DNA of 64,000 nucleotides, taken from positions 32,001 to 96,000 of IMG/VR virus record IMGVR_UViG_3300025168_000038, one strand, 5' to 3'. The notes beneath the pieces are model-generated. The model ran no database searches, was not told the DNA's origin, and saw only the letters and a list, made by a program, of their open reading frames with translations. The stretch comes from a virus. The position numbers and the translations under genes are program-made. Numbering within the stretch: position 1 is the stretch's first letter; every line of letters begins with the position of its first letter. This document shows positions 34,801 to 45,000 of this stretch, in pieces.

Positions 34801-37800
34801 TCTGTGGATTAGTTTGTGAAAAAGCATACATAGCTTGTAGCATTTCTACTGGATCCTCAAGACCTTCTAATGATTTAAGCATTCCATTGTATACTACATT
34901 AGCATTAACAGGTACTGTAATAGGCGTACCATTAACTAAAGTAGTATTACCAAAATAATCCTTTTCAATATATGTTACTGTTCCTATGTACTTTCTTACT
35001 GCAGCAGGTAAATTATCTAAACCACCACTAAGATATGTTTCTTTACCATACTGCTGTACAGTTCTTAAACCTTCATTATCTATAAACTCATCATTTCTTT
35101 CTACTTGTTGTGCTGACTGTAGATCTATTATATCTAATACGTCTGTAACAGATTGTTTTATTTGAGGAATAAAATCTTCAAATGCTGCTGTAAGCAACTT
35201 AAGCATGTCATGCTCTTTGCTTCCTTCTAAAAATTGTGAGTTAGCATTACTAAATACATCATATGTCTCAGCAAACTCATCAACTATAACATCTAGTTCT
35301 TCATCTTGATTGAACTTTAGCTTTTCTTCTGTAGGTATAAAATTAAATTTTCTATCTATTAACACTCCTGCCATAGAAGATATTATACCATTTGCTACAA
35401 AGCTTGGTACATATAGCTCACCTATACCAGCATTTCTATCTACCATTTGATATGGTATAAGTTTGTTAGCTTCAACAGATGATCCTAAAGTAGTAAACTC
35501 ATTTGTTGCTATAGGAGCAGATTGAAATTTACCTCCATCTATGTTTTCAAATAATGAAGTTAGTTCATTTTTATAGAATTGATTTAGTACTCCTTTAATC
35601 CAATCTAATATTTTTGTAAACAAAGATTTTACTTCTGAAGAAGTCTTAGTGTTTTTTGGTCCAGTTTTAAACAGCTCAAACTGATCTGCCATATATTCTT
35701 CAAAGTATTCTCTTTCTAATCTCTCTTGACTCATATTAGTATATGTATCAGCAGAGTTTCTAAATTTTTGTAATTCAGATGCTAGACTTTTTCCTTCCTT
35801 TCTTAGGTTGGCTCTTTGTTCTTTTCTGGCTATTCTTAAATACTTAGCTTGTTCTTGTGGCGTAAGTATCATTCTGTATACACCGTGGAAAGCCTCATGA
35901 TATCTAAATGGACTATTTGCTCCTGTGTATATAGTTCCTGAAACATCAAGTCCACCAGCTATATCATTTATGTTTAAAACAAATGATCCTACACGTGTAC
36001 CTGTAGTTATTAAATTACTTCTTAGTGTAGCTATATCAGCTATACCTATATAATCAGGTAATGTTTGTGAAGCCCATACAGAAAAAGAATCAATACTTTC
36101 TACATCAGTAGAGTTAAAAGATCCTTTAACAATCTTATTAGCACCTCTTAGTTCATCTCTTTTCTTAAATAAATCTTGTAGTTCCTTGTTTTCTTTATAT
36201 GCTTGTCTTAATCTCTTCCTATTTGTAGGACCGTACTGATCTTCTAATTGAGCTTTTAATATGCTTATCTTAGTTAAAATAGAATTTAAATCACTTACCT
36301 CTTCTAAAACTTCTACCTCTTCTGCTATATCTGGTAATACTTCTACATTCTCTGGTGCACTTTCTTCTATTAAAGGTGTGACAGATATGTTACCTTTAGA
36401 TAACTCTCTTCCAATTGATTTAGGATTAGCTGTTGTTAAAAGTCTAAATCCTTTTCTTAATTGATTAGGGTCTATAGCTGTTTCCAAGTCTACTAAGAAA
36501 TCAGTTATACTTGCGTCTTCTGCTATAGATGTTGTAAAGTTTTTTAAAGATATTGTACCCTCTCCTAAATTTTCATCTCCATTAATTTTATCTAACAAAA
36601 GTTGTATTAAATCTTGTGGTGATTTTCTTGTTTCTTCTGCAACACCTAGATTAAGATCTGCCGGATATAAATATTGTGTCTTTCCTGTCTGCTTATATAA
36701 TGCACCACCTAATGTTCTGTTTTCATTAGCTATAGCATCTTTAACTCTCATTCTAATATTACCATACTGATCTACATCTAAAAATACTTTTCTTTTAGAT
36801 CCAGGTTTGCTTGTTATAAATATTTTACTTAAAGTTTCTTTATTAAACTCTTCATTAAAGTTTATGTCTTTTGGTTTTTTATCTTTATCAAGATTGCTTT
36901 CTACAGTTGTCTGAGCTCTATTGATAAGTCTTAAAAGTTCTATGTCTAAGTCTACTTTCTGTTGTAATTTTGGTTTTGAAGTAACAACTGAATAAACTCC
37001 ATTAGGCTGCTTAAGAACAACCATATATCTATTAGTTCCGCCCTCTACACTTTGTTTCCATAAGCCGTTTCTTTTTAATGCAGCTTCAGTCTCTTCTCTT
37101 AACACATCTAATGCATCACCTTCTAAATTACTAATAACTTTTGGTGCTGAATTATTTCCTCCTACACTAATATCATATATTAAATAGTTACCTAAACCAT
37201 CAGAACTATATTTTAAATCTTTTAATGAAGTAAAAGTATTTGGTGATGTATAGTTATCATAACCCTCAAATAAATTTATTCTTATTCCATCTGGTAATTC
37301 ACCAAATATAGCCTCTCCTCTACCATCTTGATTAGCTAGTTTTTGTATTGCTTGATTTAAAACTGCAGCCTTAGCAAAATTTTCTTGTATATATTGTAGA
37401 GTCTGCACACCAGGTGATAAATTAGATTGAGAATCTATTTCCACTCCAGTTAAGTCTTTATCAAATTTAATTACACTCTTCATAAACTCTACATCAAAGT
37501 CATGTGGCATAACTGCTTTTCCATCTTTATCAAAAAAACTGAATCTTTGACTTGGTAAATATGCAAATACATTATTAGCTGATTCTTCTAGTCTAGTTAT
37601 ATCAGGATTTGTATCATATAAGTTATTGATCTTATCTATAACATTAACATCAATAACTTGTATTCCTATATTATAACTATTAGTATTCTCTTTTATATAA
37701 GGATTAGGTTTTAATCCATCAGCAGGTATTACATAATTTTTTGATGGTGATTGTGTTACTGGTGTTATAAATAAATTTAATCCATTTAGTTCTTCTGTAG

Positions 37801-40800
37801 TTAAATTACTAATAATTAAATCTGTTCTTTCATTAGCACTGTCTTTAGGCTCAGTAAAATTATTTTTATGTGACCATGCCTCTATCATTTCATTAGGGCG
37901 TATTTTAGAATAAGTTTTACCTAAACTATCAAAATTAATTGGTGCTGCTAAAACAAAATTATTTATAAAGTCTTGTTCTGAAATAGGTATTGAGTTCTCT
38001 AGGTTAGTATAATAGTCATTACTAAACTTATTAAAAGGAATAATAAATATACTTTGTTGAGAGCCTTTATCAAATGATGTTTTACCTGTATTAACTACAA
38101 ATACTTCCCCTTGCTTATTAATTATTCTTTCATTCTTACTTATAGATAGCCCATTTATTCCACCAAATCTATATACTCCTCCTGTATCAACCTCTTTTTC
38201 TAATTTTTCAGCAGCTTGAATTGCATCAGCTTTTATACTATATACACCTAAACTATTGGCACCAATAATTTGTCTAAGCTCTTGAGATATCTTGTTACCT
38301 TTCTTATCTAGTATTGTATAAATAGATGTATTTGCTTTATCTCTTTTATTTATAACCTTTTCTTCTACATCAACTATTGCCCCTTCAAAAATAATATTTG
38401 AAGGCTTCTGTCTTACTGTTTGAAAAATAGACAGATTTAAATTTAATTGATCTAGTATATTTAATATATCTGCATTCTCTGCTGCAGGTCCGTTTATAAA
38501 ATCTTGAAAGCCTGTTTCATTTTTTATATCACTCTCTGTTGGAATTAATTCTGCAACCTGACCATTAACCAATACTGGATATCCTTTTGACCATATTTTC
38601 TTAATAGCATCATAGGCTGTTTGTATGTTAATCCCAGCAGCGCTTTCTTTCCATTCTTCTATACTTAATGAATCTCTATTAGGTATAGCCTGATATTGTC
38701 TAAACTGGTCTTCTAATGTTCTATTTAATACAACAGAATTGATTGTTGGTATTACTTCTACATTTTCTATACCAGCATCATCTAAAATCTGATTAACATC
38801 CTTTGCACTCTCATCAGCAACTTCTTCTTGTGACCTCTCTGCTTTTGCAAGTTCTTCTGTTTGTAGATTATAACTATTTATTATTGGATTAATTTTATTA
38901 TTGATAATTATAGCATCTTCCAGTATAGATGGATCTAGTAATCTGCCTGCAAATAAATATGAATTTGACTGGTCTATTGAAGATGTTTCTCCTGTTTCTA
39001 AAAAAACTTGAGTAGCTTCCGGTGTTAAATAAACATCTTCTGCAGCTAAACTATTTAGCATCTGGTTTTGTTTATCTAATACTAGCTGGGCTTTAGTTTG
39101 TTCTATTATTATTTGTTTTTGATTAGCCTCTAATACTTTAAAATATTCTGCAGATCTATTTATTAAGTCTTCCATTTTATTAGGATCTAATAAATAATCT
39201 ATAGTATTGTTAAACAAGAATGCATCTTGAGATAAAGCTGCGTAGTCTACTATTTCATTAATTGCATTATCCACTGCATCAGCATCAACAAACGTTCCTT
39301 TAGAAGCAGCTAATGAATTCAAATAGTTTTCTATTGGGCCCTTTAACTTATTCTTTTTACGCTGATCAAAAAATCCTTTTGCTGTTAGATTATCATTATA
39401 TACTTTATTAATTCTATCTAGATTCTTTTTCCTTCTTTTCTTTTCCTTAAGAGATTTTTTATTTCTCTTAATTGCAATCTCATCTAATCCAGATTCATTA
39501 TTAGCATTTTGTTCTAGTATTAATATCTCTTGTTGTAATCTATCTACTTCTACTTCTAAAGATTCTTTATCTAATAAAGGTGTAACATCATTAGCAGCCA
39601 TATTACCAAACAATGGAGTAGACTCTAATGACTGAGCAATTTTTACTTTTCTATTTAGTGCATCTTTAAATGCATTCTGAGTAAACATATAAAACATTTC
39701 TTGATGTTCATATGCCTTTTTTAATCTTTGCTCATCTCTATATTTTCTTGTTCCAGGCGTAAACATTTCTGGCTTGTATCTAGGTTTAAATATGCTTTTC
39801 TTATTATTAAACATATCACCATACTCAGTAATAAGATCTAATTGTTTTTGTATCTTTGATCTTACTTGTTCTATACTACCATAATCCTTTTTAGGAAATG
39901 CCTCACCTAAAGCTTTATCATCAAGCTGACTAAAATCTACCATCTCTTGTTGATAAAATCCTATTGAGCCTTTTTTATATTTATCATGTAAATTTTTAAA
40001 CTCTAAGAAATTTCTACCATTAAAGTAATCATACTTATCATTCCTTGAAATAGCATCATCCATAGCATTGGATGTTTGTTTCATAGTTGACATCATTAGC
40101 TGATCATTATTTAAGATAGCATCTAAACCATCTACACCTTTTTCAGACATATCTTCTGATTGGCGTATAATATCTGCTATTACTTTTTCCTCTGCTGTTC
40201 TTGCGTTTGCATAATCCGCTCTAGAAGCTTTACTTCTCAAAGCATAGAGTTTAGGAACTTGTTGAAATAAAACATTTTGATAAGGCCCAGCTAAACCACC
40301 CATCAAAAATCCGGATAAAAATGTATTTAATCCTTGTGCTGTAAACTGATCCTGTATACCATCCATTGCAAATGAACCATATAAATTCTTTGTACCTGCA
40401 CCAGGCTCTCTAAGCAAGGCACCATAGTAGCCTTCATTAGTTGCAGCAATAGCTTCTTGTGAAACTTCTTGTAGTCCCTCTGCTATTCCTGCTGCACCGT
40501 ATCTTAACATCATACCTCCAAAAACTCTTGGAGCATTTTTTATTCCACCAGCTGTAAATTGTCTAACAATATTTGTAGGAGTAGGCATACCTAAAAAAGT
40601 TGCACCCTTTTGATAAGTTCCTTTTAAAGCTTTTCCTGTAACAGCATCTACTAGTGGATTAGTTCTAAATACTTTTTCTGATAGATTCTTATATCCTCTT
40701 CTCCAACTTCCAAAGGCACCTCTTAAAACAAACTTGTTTGATAAATATATTATACCAAAGTTTTGCATTTGTGTTCTAAATGCAGCTTGAGCAGCTTTTA

Positions 40801-42034
40801 CTTTTGTATCAGATAGTTGATCTGCTGTAATAGCTTTACCAGGATTTTGTTGTGCTAAATATTTTAAATGATTTTGTTCTACTCTATTACTAACCATACC
40901 AGCTTCTAGTTTAGCTTCAGATAAAGCAATATTAAATTGTCTTATATCTCTATAGAAAGCACCAAAAGCATTACCACTTTTAGTAATATTAAATAAATTT
41001 TGTGCAGCATTACCTGTTGTTTGCCAATTCTTTATAGCATAAGTTAGTTCTGGTGCAACAAATCTTCCAAAAGCTTCTGCACCACCATAATAGAATTGTT
41101 TAGCGTTTTCAGCATTATTAAGTGTTCTAACCAATGCTTCACCAGAACTTGCATATCTTTTTACATCAAATAAATTAGCAATAGCTTTTCCTGTCCTGAC
41201 TAAATTTCTACCTGTGCCTGCCACAAAAGCAGCAAAACCTGCTGGTGCTCCTGCGCCTGTTGATGTTAATGCAGCTGATCCCATTGCTAACACTAACTCT
41301 TCTACTGCTATAGATGCAATAATACCTGCTGTATAACCAAAGCTTAAACCAGTATTAGTTAATAAACCAAAAGGTCCTCCTTTGCTTGTTGAACCTATTC
41401 TCATAGCATCTTCCATAGTATTTGCTGCTTCTAAGTCTGGAGCTGACCAATAACCATCTCCATCAAATGCATCTGCTATAGATCTATAAGAAGAACCAAG
41501 ACCTATAGAAAATTGACTGCCTAATTGATTCCAAGCTCTAGAAAAATCATCATACTTGCTACTATTAGCATTATAAAAAGATTCATTGTTTGAATAAGGG
41601 TTAAAGCCTAACTCACTATAATTAGGACTAGCATAAAATCTATCAAAATTACTATTCTTAATATTACCATAATCTGGTGCAGCAGCCACTAAATTATTTT
41701 GTGATGGTGCGTTTGCTGTTGCTTTCATCTGCTCACCTAAACTAAGATCTGATATTTGAGTCTTAGATGGATTATATCCTATATCTAATAAACCAGGATT
41801 GTTGCTAGAAACATTACCAATTACTTCAGGACCATACTTAAACATATCACGTTGATACCTGTCTACATTTAATAAAGCAGCTGGGTCAGCCATATTTAAA
41901 AAGTCTGGACCATATTGTTCTGTATCCATTAAAGACTGCATTGTCTTATATGGTTTAGCATCATTTACTAAATCAACCTTAGGATTGTTGCCTGTAAGGT
42001 TCTCCTGAAGGGCTTGTGGATCTTGGTTTTCCAT
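28871..42034 (-). CDS. Giant virion RNA polymerase polyprotein (4387 aa), crAss-like
   Basis: Catalytic GADFDID (31481-31495) preceded by VRIPS; zincin HEAFH (35885-35899); N-terminal Gly/Ala hydrophobic segments. Confidence 0.9.
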   Translation of the reverse strand: MENQDPQALQENLTGNNPKVDLVNDAKPYKTMQSLMDTEQYGPDFLNMADPAALLNVDRYQRDMFKYGPEVIGNVSSNNPGLLDIGYNPSKTQISDLSLGEQMKATANAPSQNNLVAAAPDYGNIKNSNFDRFYASPNYSELGFNPYSNNESFYNANSSKYDDFSRAWNQLGSQFSIGLGSSYRSIADAFDGDGYWSAPDLEAANTMEDAMRIGSTSKGGPFGLLTNTGLSFGYTAGIIASIAVEELVLAMGSAALTSTGAGAPAGFAAFVAGTGRNLVRTGKAIANLFDVKRYASSGEALVRTLNNAENAKQFYYGGAEAFGRFVAPELTYAIKNWQTTGNAAQNLFNITKSGNAFGAFYRDIRQFNIALSEAKLEAGMVSNRVEQNHLKYLAQQNPGKAITADQLSDTKVKAAQAAFRTQMQNFGIIYLSNKFVLRGAFGSWRRGYKNLSEKVFRTNPLVDAVTGKALKGTYQKGATFLGMPTPTNIVRQFTAGGIKNAPRVFGGMMLRYGAAGIAEGLQEVSQEAIAATNEGYYGALLREPGAGTKNLYGSFAMDGIQDQFTAQGLNTFLSGFLMGGLAGPYQNVLFQQVPKLYALRSKASRADYANARTAEEKVIADIIRQSEDMSEKGVDGLDAILNNDQLMMSTMKQTSNAMDDAISRNDKYDYFNGRNFLEFKNLHDKYKKGSIGFYQQEMVDFSQLDDKALGEAFPKKDYGSIEQVRSKIQKQLDLITEYGDMFNNKKSIFKPRYKPEMFTPGTRKYRDEQRLKKAYEHQEMFYMFTQNAFKDALNRKVKIAQSLESTPLFGNMAANDVTPLLDKESLEVEVDRLQQEILILEQNANNESGLDEIAIKRNKKSLKEKKRRKKNLDRINKVYNDNLTAKGFFDQRKKNKLKGPIENYLNSLAASKGTFVDADAVDNAINEIVDYAALSQDAFLFNNTIDYLLDPNKMEDLINRSAEYFKVLEANQKQIIIEQTKAQLVLDKQNQMLNSLAAEDVYLTPEATQVFLETGETSSIDQSNSYLFAGRLLDPSILEDAIIINNKINPIINSYNLQTEELAKAERSQEEVADESAKDVNQILDDAGIENVEVIPTINSVVLNRTLEDQFRQYQAIPNRDSLSIEEWKESAAGINIQTAYDAIKKIWSKGYPVLVNGQVAELIPTESDIKNETGFQDFINGPAAENADILNILDQLNLNLSIFQTVRQKPSNIIFEGAIVDVEEKVINKRDKANTSIYTILDKKGNKISQELRQIIGANSLGVYSIKADAIQAAEKLEKEVDTGGVYRFGGINGLSISKNERIINKQGEVFVVNTGKTSFDKGSQQSIFIIPFNKFSNDYYTNLENSIPISEQDFINNFVLAAPINFDSLGKTYSKIRPNEMIEAWSHKNNFTEPKDSANERTDLIISNLTTEELNGLNLFITPVTQSPSKNYVIPADGLKPNPYIKENTNSYNIGIQVIDVNVIDKINNLYDTNPDITRLEESANNVFAYLPSQRFSFFDKDGKAVMPHDFDVEFMKSVIKFDKDLTGVEIDSQSNLSPGVQTLQYIQENFAKAAVLNQAIQKLANQDGRGEAIFGELPDGIRINLFEGYDNYTSPNTFTSLKDLKYSSDGLGNYLIYDISVGGNNSAPKVISNLEGDALDVLREETEAALKRNGLWKQSVEGGTNRYMVVLKQPNGVYSVVTSKPKLQQKVDLDIELLRLINRAQTTVESNLDKDKKPKDINFNEEFNKETLSKIFITSKPGSKRKVFLDVDQYGNIRMRVKDAIANENRTLGGALYKQTGKTQYLYPADLNLGVAEETRKSPQDLIQLLLDKINGDENLGEGTISLKNFTTSIAEDASITDFLVDLETAIDPNQLRKGFRLLTTANPKSIGRELSKGNISVTPLIEESAPENVEVLPDIAEEVEVLEEVSDLNSILTKISILKAQLEDQYGPTNRKRLRQAYKENKELQDLFKKRDELRGANKIVKGSFNSTDVESIDSFSVWASQTLPDYIGIADIATLRSNLITTGTRVGSFVLNINDIAGGLDVSGTIYTGANSPFRYHEAFHGVYRMILTPQEQAKYLRIARKEQRANLRKEGKSLASELQKFRNSADTYTNMSQERLEREYFEEYMADQFELFKTGPKNTKTSSEVKSLFTKILDWIKGVLNQFYKNELTSLFENIDGGKFQSAPIATNEFTTLGSSVEANKLIPYQMVDRNAGIGELYVPSFVANGIISSMAGVLIDRKFNFIPTEEKLKFNQDEELDVIVDEFAETYDVFSNANSQFLEGSKEHDMLKLLTAAFEDFIPQIKQSVTDVLDIIDLQSAQQVERNDEFIDNEGLRTVQQYGKETYLSGGLDNLPAAVRKYIGTVTYIEKDYFGNTTLVNGTPITVPVNANVVYNGMLKSLEGLEDPVEMLQAMYAFSQTNPQTEAVVNQIFENSGINMPESYTEDFTFEQFPEGITNPNFLIKVLNSFTNFRVEWFFTQRDMLGNSIVHSASQRDDSNNQLDSWSEGYSSKLQLWQDDLNIRKDALKALVTLQTELRPKKTTIRNNALNERSRKLSKLLFDNLGISISPGYMSYSRLMARENLTKAQEQLLSFHPDVQPMTLNDIEVFFELIKEGVDLFSPEGAESKLKKLALGNASFDETIGATVFKNSNNDLVNSHQQPTFNLRKTRALNSASERARLLQDDYLSNNFLLNSPAFNALADNNQVKISRISGTKVLRSLSADLDVKSSLTLKSTDYGKYTPAEFLVTNINNYLAFYNSLNRKPLKSVLVKNPVNGTDSRFAISPNLIRVMESSNTGDQTTLPIIKAVEKIQGRDVITDEVLEAFYNFVENEYNRIVRENGPNRTTDVIEGYNTGEFRSKTFANNETLLNIDTRSGLIKEALSEEPAAFEQALRAAKLNKKSFKKQLEANLDSKFNEFDNLIDTLNVRNRIDKKIVRGISRGTTGAVKEAAKSTAAMYNLIDMDPIYNLKQVFFNNYLNVKSLNELYLSDQAKVLKDFTDKSKRAKGNNNSFIPAETYLTDPRLGVMHETNKINLVAFNEPTLMSGLSSNSIQIADAQVYGTVKATRHFQFGIGEMTPALAAALNKIEQGEVLQWEEIGELISQGNMLNSKKYAYFDGETYIKMSYTTLTKELTSMQNSDDMWVAKPGQEKLHNLRVNLEELDKENQTVSIAAPESALKMMKQNLNPISDLNGQPSGFTNNATTIYAKYFGLQQINPSNKKQITLQSQMKTLNTSEQDPRNKDIQQTIINYNNDLKYRSRLKYNAKVKLTFNVEDVRSEIDASKLNKIVSPNLVLFSKYAVNSLQAGQSTSNLIEFFSSDENNQLKYNLDNPYTISKYEQLFLTYFSQGVFQEKVNGTSVALVSSLGKNVYRRVFSIETFNGKVTPDRQEVIRENEFLNGNFTLDNRSLEELNTGDPLPAEGVIIVDRLRYNLKEYKGGEYQGQRYSEAIMPPQSKEVNDLLAYKSKYRRYKNTIPDVVSEMYAVRIPSEDYHSAFNVKVVDFLPNFMGGSAMFSNELIEVSGADFDIDQAYIHMKEFYVEKGEFKAYENNYSSYINYVNKKVNETGNQYSEAIKLYKLQGVIISDSLVDIDQTPAENAGFSKNAVGALKVLGMPITQSEFNQFVKDNKQAPYEAPVSNKLVDYKRQLVSNDYLTSGTYPIAYRPSNLDLLKNVWESVRKLPGFSERTNQAGKDIDTLTGQTVAFTNNKGASIGSVVSPNLYLSLFKEYKIGLGTLKFELDGKEYKSFGGTLNENGMRKQDLMSSLIVAMTDNAKEFLVSKLGLNAHATRMLSNMIQLGVPLETSILLLNQKIIQDIYRQIDNSDGISPSIGDRINDLIERDDKGKIVKGIVPDKDALERGVADNLEVLELQGALQVFAKVITISNFTVKLNSLVSLNNGLGKNIDSISQRVESINDFIKNPYFIKVRNMLSSSYLSGLSEQLSDINVNILPKMFLSQTPGVKRITSELVGRLDTNLYKNSEAVRTKVKKDVLAFVTLSAYQNIDKNNPLSNGILYPGQDNEQGNVWHAVEQLRISDPGNFFLFDFVTTYKPTDKGNRSGLYLAQANTWRKLNRLQKYDLQTSFNKLYNNPDTRQFAKTVINYIMVKDGLQLAPGGLLESISPYVLEDYLSEINSTEKYLRSKEFTDAGGTTSFVENYLLSASNAKLLPRKFNSETDSIAIKRMDTIDRQTGIESTIYQRNDQEKTSVDLIGSPLQFGAGFMFGNRPTLKQMMEKPEVSKSTPEVVKETEDTSKTVPQIFRNQSINLDVTDESVIIDSVNIVDTAELDAIAASIAEATDNITSEELGILEVEELPISENRQELIGQLDMFDPFISHPEITEFWDSNIEDGSFSTEVKNFKRENNINSLEDLLDLYDRNPNSMWGSPQELIDQIKKCNL

Positions 42035-42043
42035 ACTTACCTA

Positions 42044-45000
42044 TTAATTATTTTTTGATTCTTTGCTTTTTGCTGTATAAGCTGCGTCATTGTTTATTTT
42101 TTGCTTAGATAATATACCTAATACATAATCATAATATTCATCATAACCCGTTTTGTTTTCTTGCTCACCACCTAATATTGTTGAAATTGGCTCTTGTCTA
42201 TAACCTTTAGGAAATTTAGTAGCATCAGATTCATAATGATTCAAATAACCATTTACATTTATTCTACCACCAACTTTCTGGAAACTAAAAGAACCGTGTC
42301 CAGCATTACCTGCAAAATATGGTGCAGCATAAGCAGATGGATCAATTGTAAGTATGTTATTATTTGTGCTAGCAATTCTTTTCTCTAATGTAGTATTACT
42401 TTGTGTAACATCATAACCTAATGGGTTTGCTTTTATAGTAGAGCTTCTAGGAAATATATATGTAAATCCTGATCTTAAAACTTCAGTTACATCACTTGCA
42501 TCCACATCTGCAGGATAAACTGAATTATCTTTATCTGTTAATGCTTTTATTAACTCTTGAGAAAAATTACTTAATTCATATGCAGCGTAAGGTTCATTTT
42601 GTAGTTCACCTGTCTTATCTCTTATCTCTGGACCATAGCTATCATAAAAAGTTAATCTCATTGCTAGTTTATCTGCACCTAAGCTTTGTTCATTTGTTAT
42701 TCTATCATAAATATACATAGCAGCTTTACTTTTAGTGCTTGATACATCCATAGCATCAGCTGTTAAAATATCTACAAAATCATCACTGTCTTCTGAACCT
42801 ATTGTTGTACCTATAAAACCATAGTTACCACTTCCGCTTGCTTTATTAGAATTAATTTGTGCATAAAAATCACCTAAAAATTTATTTTGTGTTGATCCAG
42901 CTTTTGGTGCCAATGTTAAGTCTGATGAGTTTGCTACATCAAATCTTATATTACTAGCTGGTATAGCACCCAGTCCTTGACTGTTATTCATAAATGTTCT
43001 AGAAGGAGTAGTTGACATTAATTTGTTTATGTCTGCTTTAAATCTTTTATATATTTTTCCTAAATTCTTATCTAATTGATTTTCATCAAAAGCAGTTACA
43101 AACTTATATGGACTAGAAAACTTATCATTACCATATCTAGACATCATGTCCAATTCATCTTGTGACTTTAACACTTGTTTGGTAGTCATTAAATCATCAT
43201 TATTGAAAATACCATAAAAGTCAATTGTTTTATTTGGGTCTATATCACCTGATTGAATACGTGCCATGTTAGCATCCTTAAACTGCTCCTCAGTCATAAT
43301 GCTTTTAGAATCATTGTCTATTGGAAAAATATATCCATTCTCTAGTAATAAATGAATATTTTTTTCTGCAGGAGTAAGGTCCTTTTTATTAGTATTTGAT
43401 AAAGCAAGTTCAATTAATCTTGCTTTGTCATATTGATCTTTCATAGCTAGATCTACAGCAGTATTATAAAGTTCAATCTGTGTTGATAAACCAGGAGTTG
43501 TTATGCTTGTTCCACTATTAAATAGTTTATTACTTATAGACATAAATGGACTATTAGGAGATGTATCAATACCATTTGCATGTGCACCTGTTGCATCAGT
43601 ATAATATTTTTGTAAATCACCAAATAAAGATTCTATACCGTTTGCATATTGATAATTGTCTGTTTCTAATTGATCATCATCTAATTGTCTATTGCTTAAT
43701 TTTTTAACAACATCTTGTAAGTTAGCGGTGTAATAATCTTCTGGTTGATTTGGATCAGGGTTTTCAACTAAAGGAACAGTATAAAAACCAGGTCTATCAG
43801 GAACATCATATAAACCAGAACCTGCTATCATCTCTTCTAACATACCTAAACGTTCAGTTAAAAGTTCATTACCACGTTCTTGTATTGCAATGACGTCCAT
43901 TTCAAGTGGGTTGTCTGTTCCAACAAAATTATTATTTTTATCTACAGCAAAAGTTGCACCAAGACCTTTTACATCTTGTACAGTGTTTCTCATCTGTTGT
44001 GCATAATCTATTCCTCCAAGTTCCATTAGTTTTAAGGATTGATCTCTTTTATACTTTATAGTAGCTGCATCAGCATCTATTTCGGCTTTTTGTACTTGTA
44101 GATTCCATTTATTTGTATACTTAAGATTTTCTAATTCAAAGTTATTTTGTTCTTGAGTCACTTCCATCTCTCTCATACTAAATTGTCTAGCAGCTTTACG
44201 TACATCTGTATCAATATTGTAATTAGATAAAAGAGCCATTGCTTTATTAAACAATGCTTCATCATCAGGATCAGATGTAGCAGCAAACTGATTAAGTTTA
44301 AATAGCCTATCTAAATCAATCTTCATTCTTTCTGCATCACTCAAGTTTTGATTTTTAATATTCTCATCTAAACTGCCAGGAACTATACCATGATTAGCTG
44401 CATAATTATCCCAGTTTACATTTACTTCATTTTGCTTTCTTAATTCATATTCTTTTTTTGTTTGGTATTCAAGATTCTTGTTTTCTATTCTAGAAATTTG
44501 TTCTGAAGCCCAAGCATTTAGCCCTTCTTGTTCTGTTGCAAACACACCTTTGCCAACCATAGTTTCAGCAAAGTCATAAGCTTGTACGTAAGACTTAGCA
44601 TTATAAAACTTTTGCACTCTTGGATCATCTATTAAAGCAGACATAATCTGTTCATAAGCAGGTCCTTCTACTAAGCTTCCATTTTTTTGTGTTATTATAA
44701 AATTCTTATCTTCCATTAGGATAGGGTTTCCTTGTCCATCTACTTTACCTGTATCTTTGATGTTTGGTATAGGTAAAGATATAGTTAATCCAGGATCTAA
44801 TTCTGATAAATATTTTTGTGCATTTTGCACTAAATCAGCATCTAAAATTAATTCAGGAAGCGGTTGACTTTGTAATTCACCTCTTCCAGCTTCCATAAAC
44901 TTTCTTCTATCTATTTCAAGTTTACGTAAACTTACTTCACTATTTGCTAACTCTCTTGTTTCTTGATTATTACTTGATGCTAAATTCTGGTATTTTTTTA

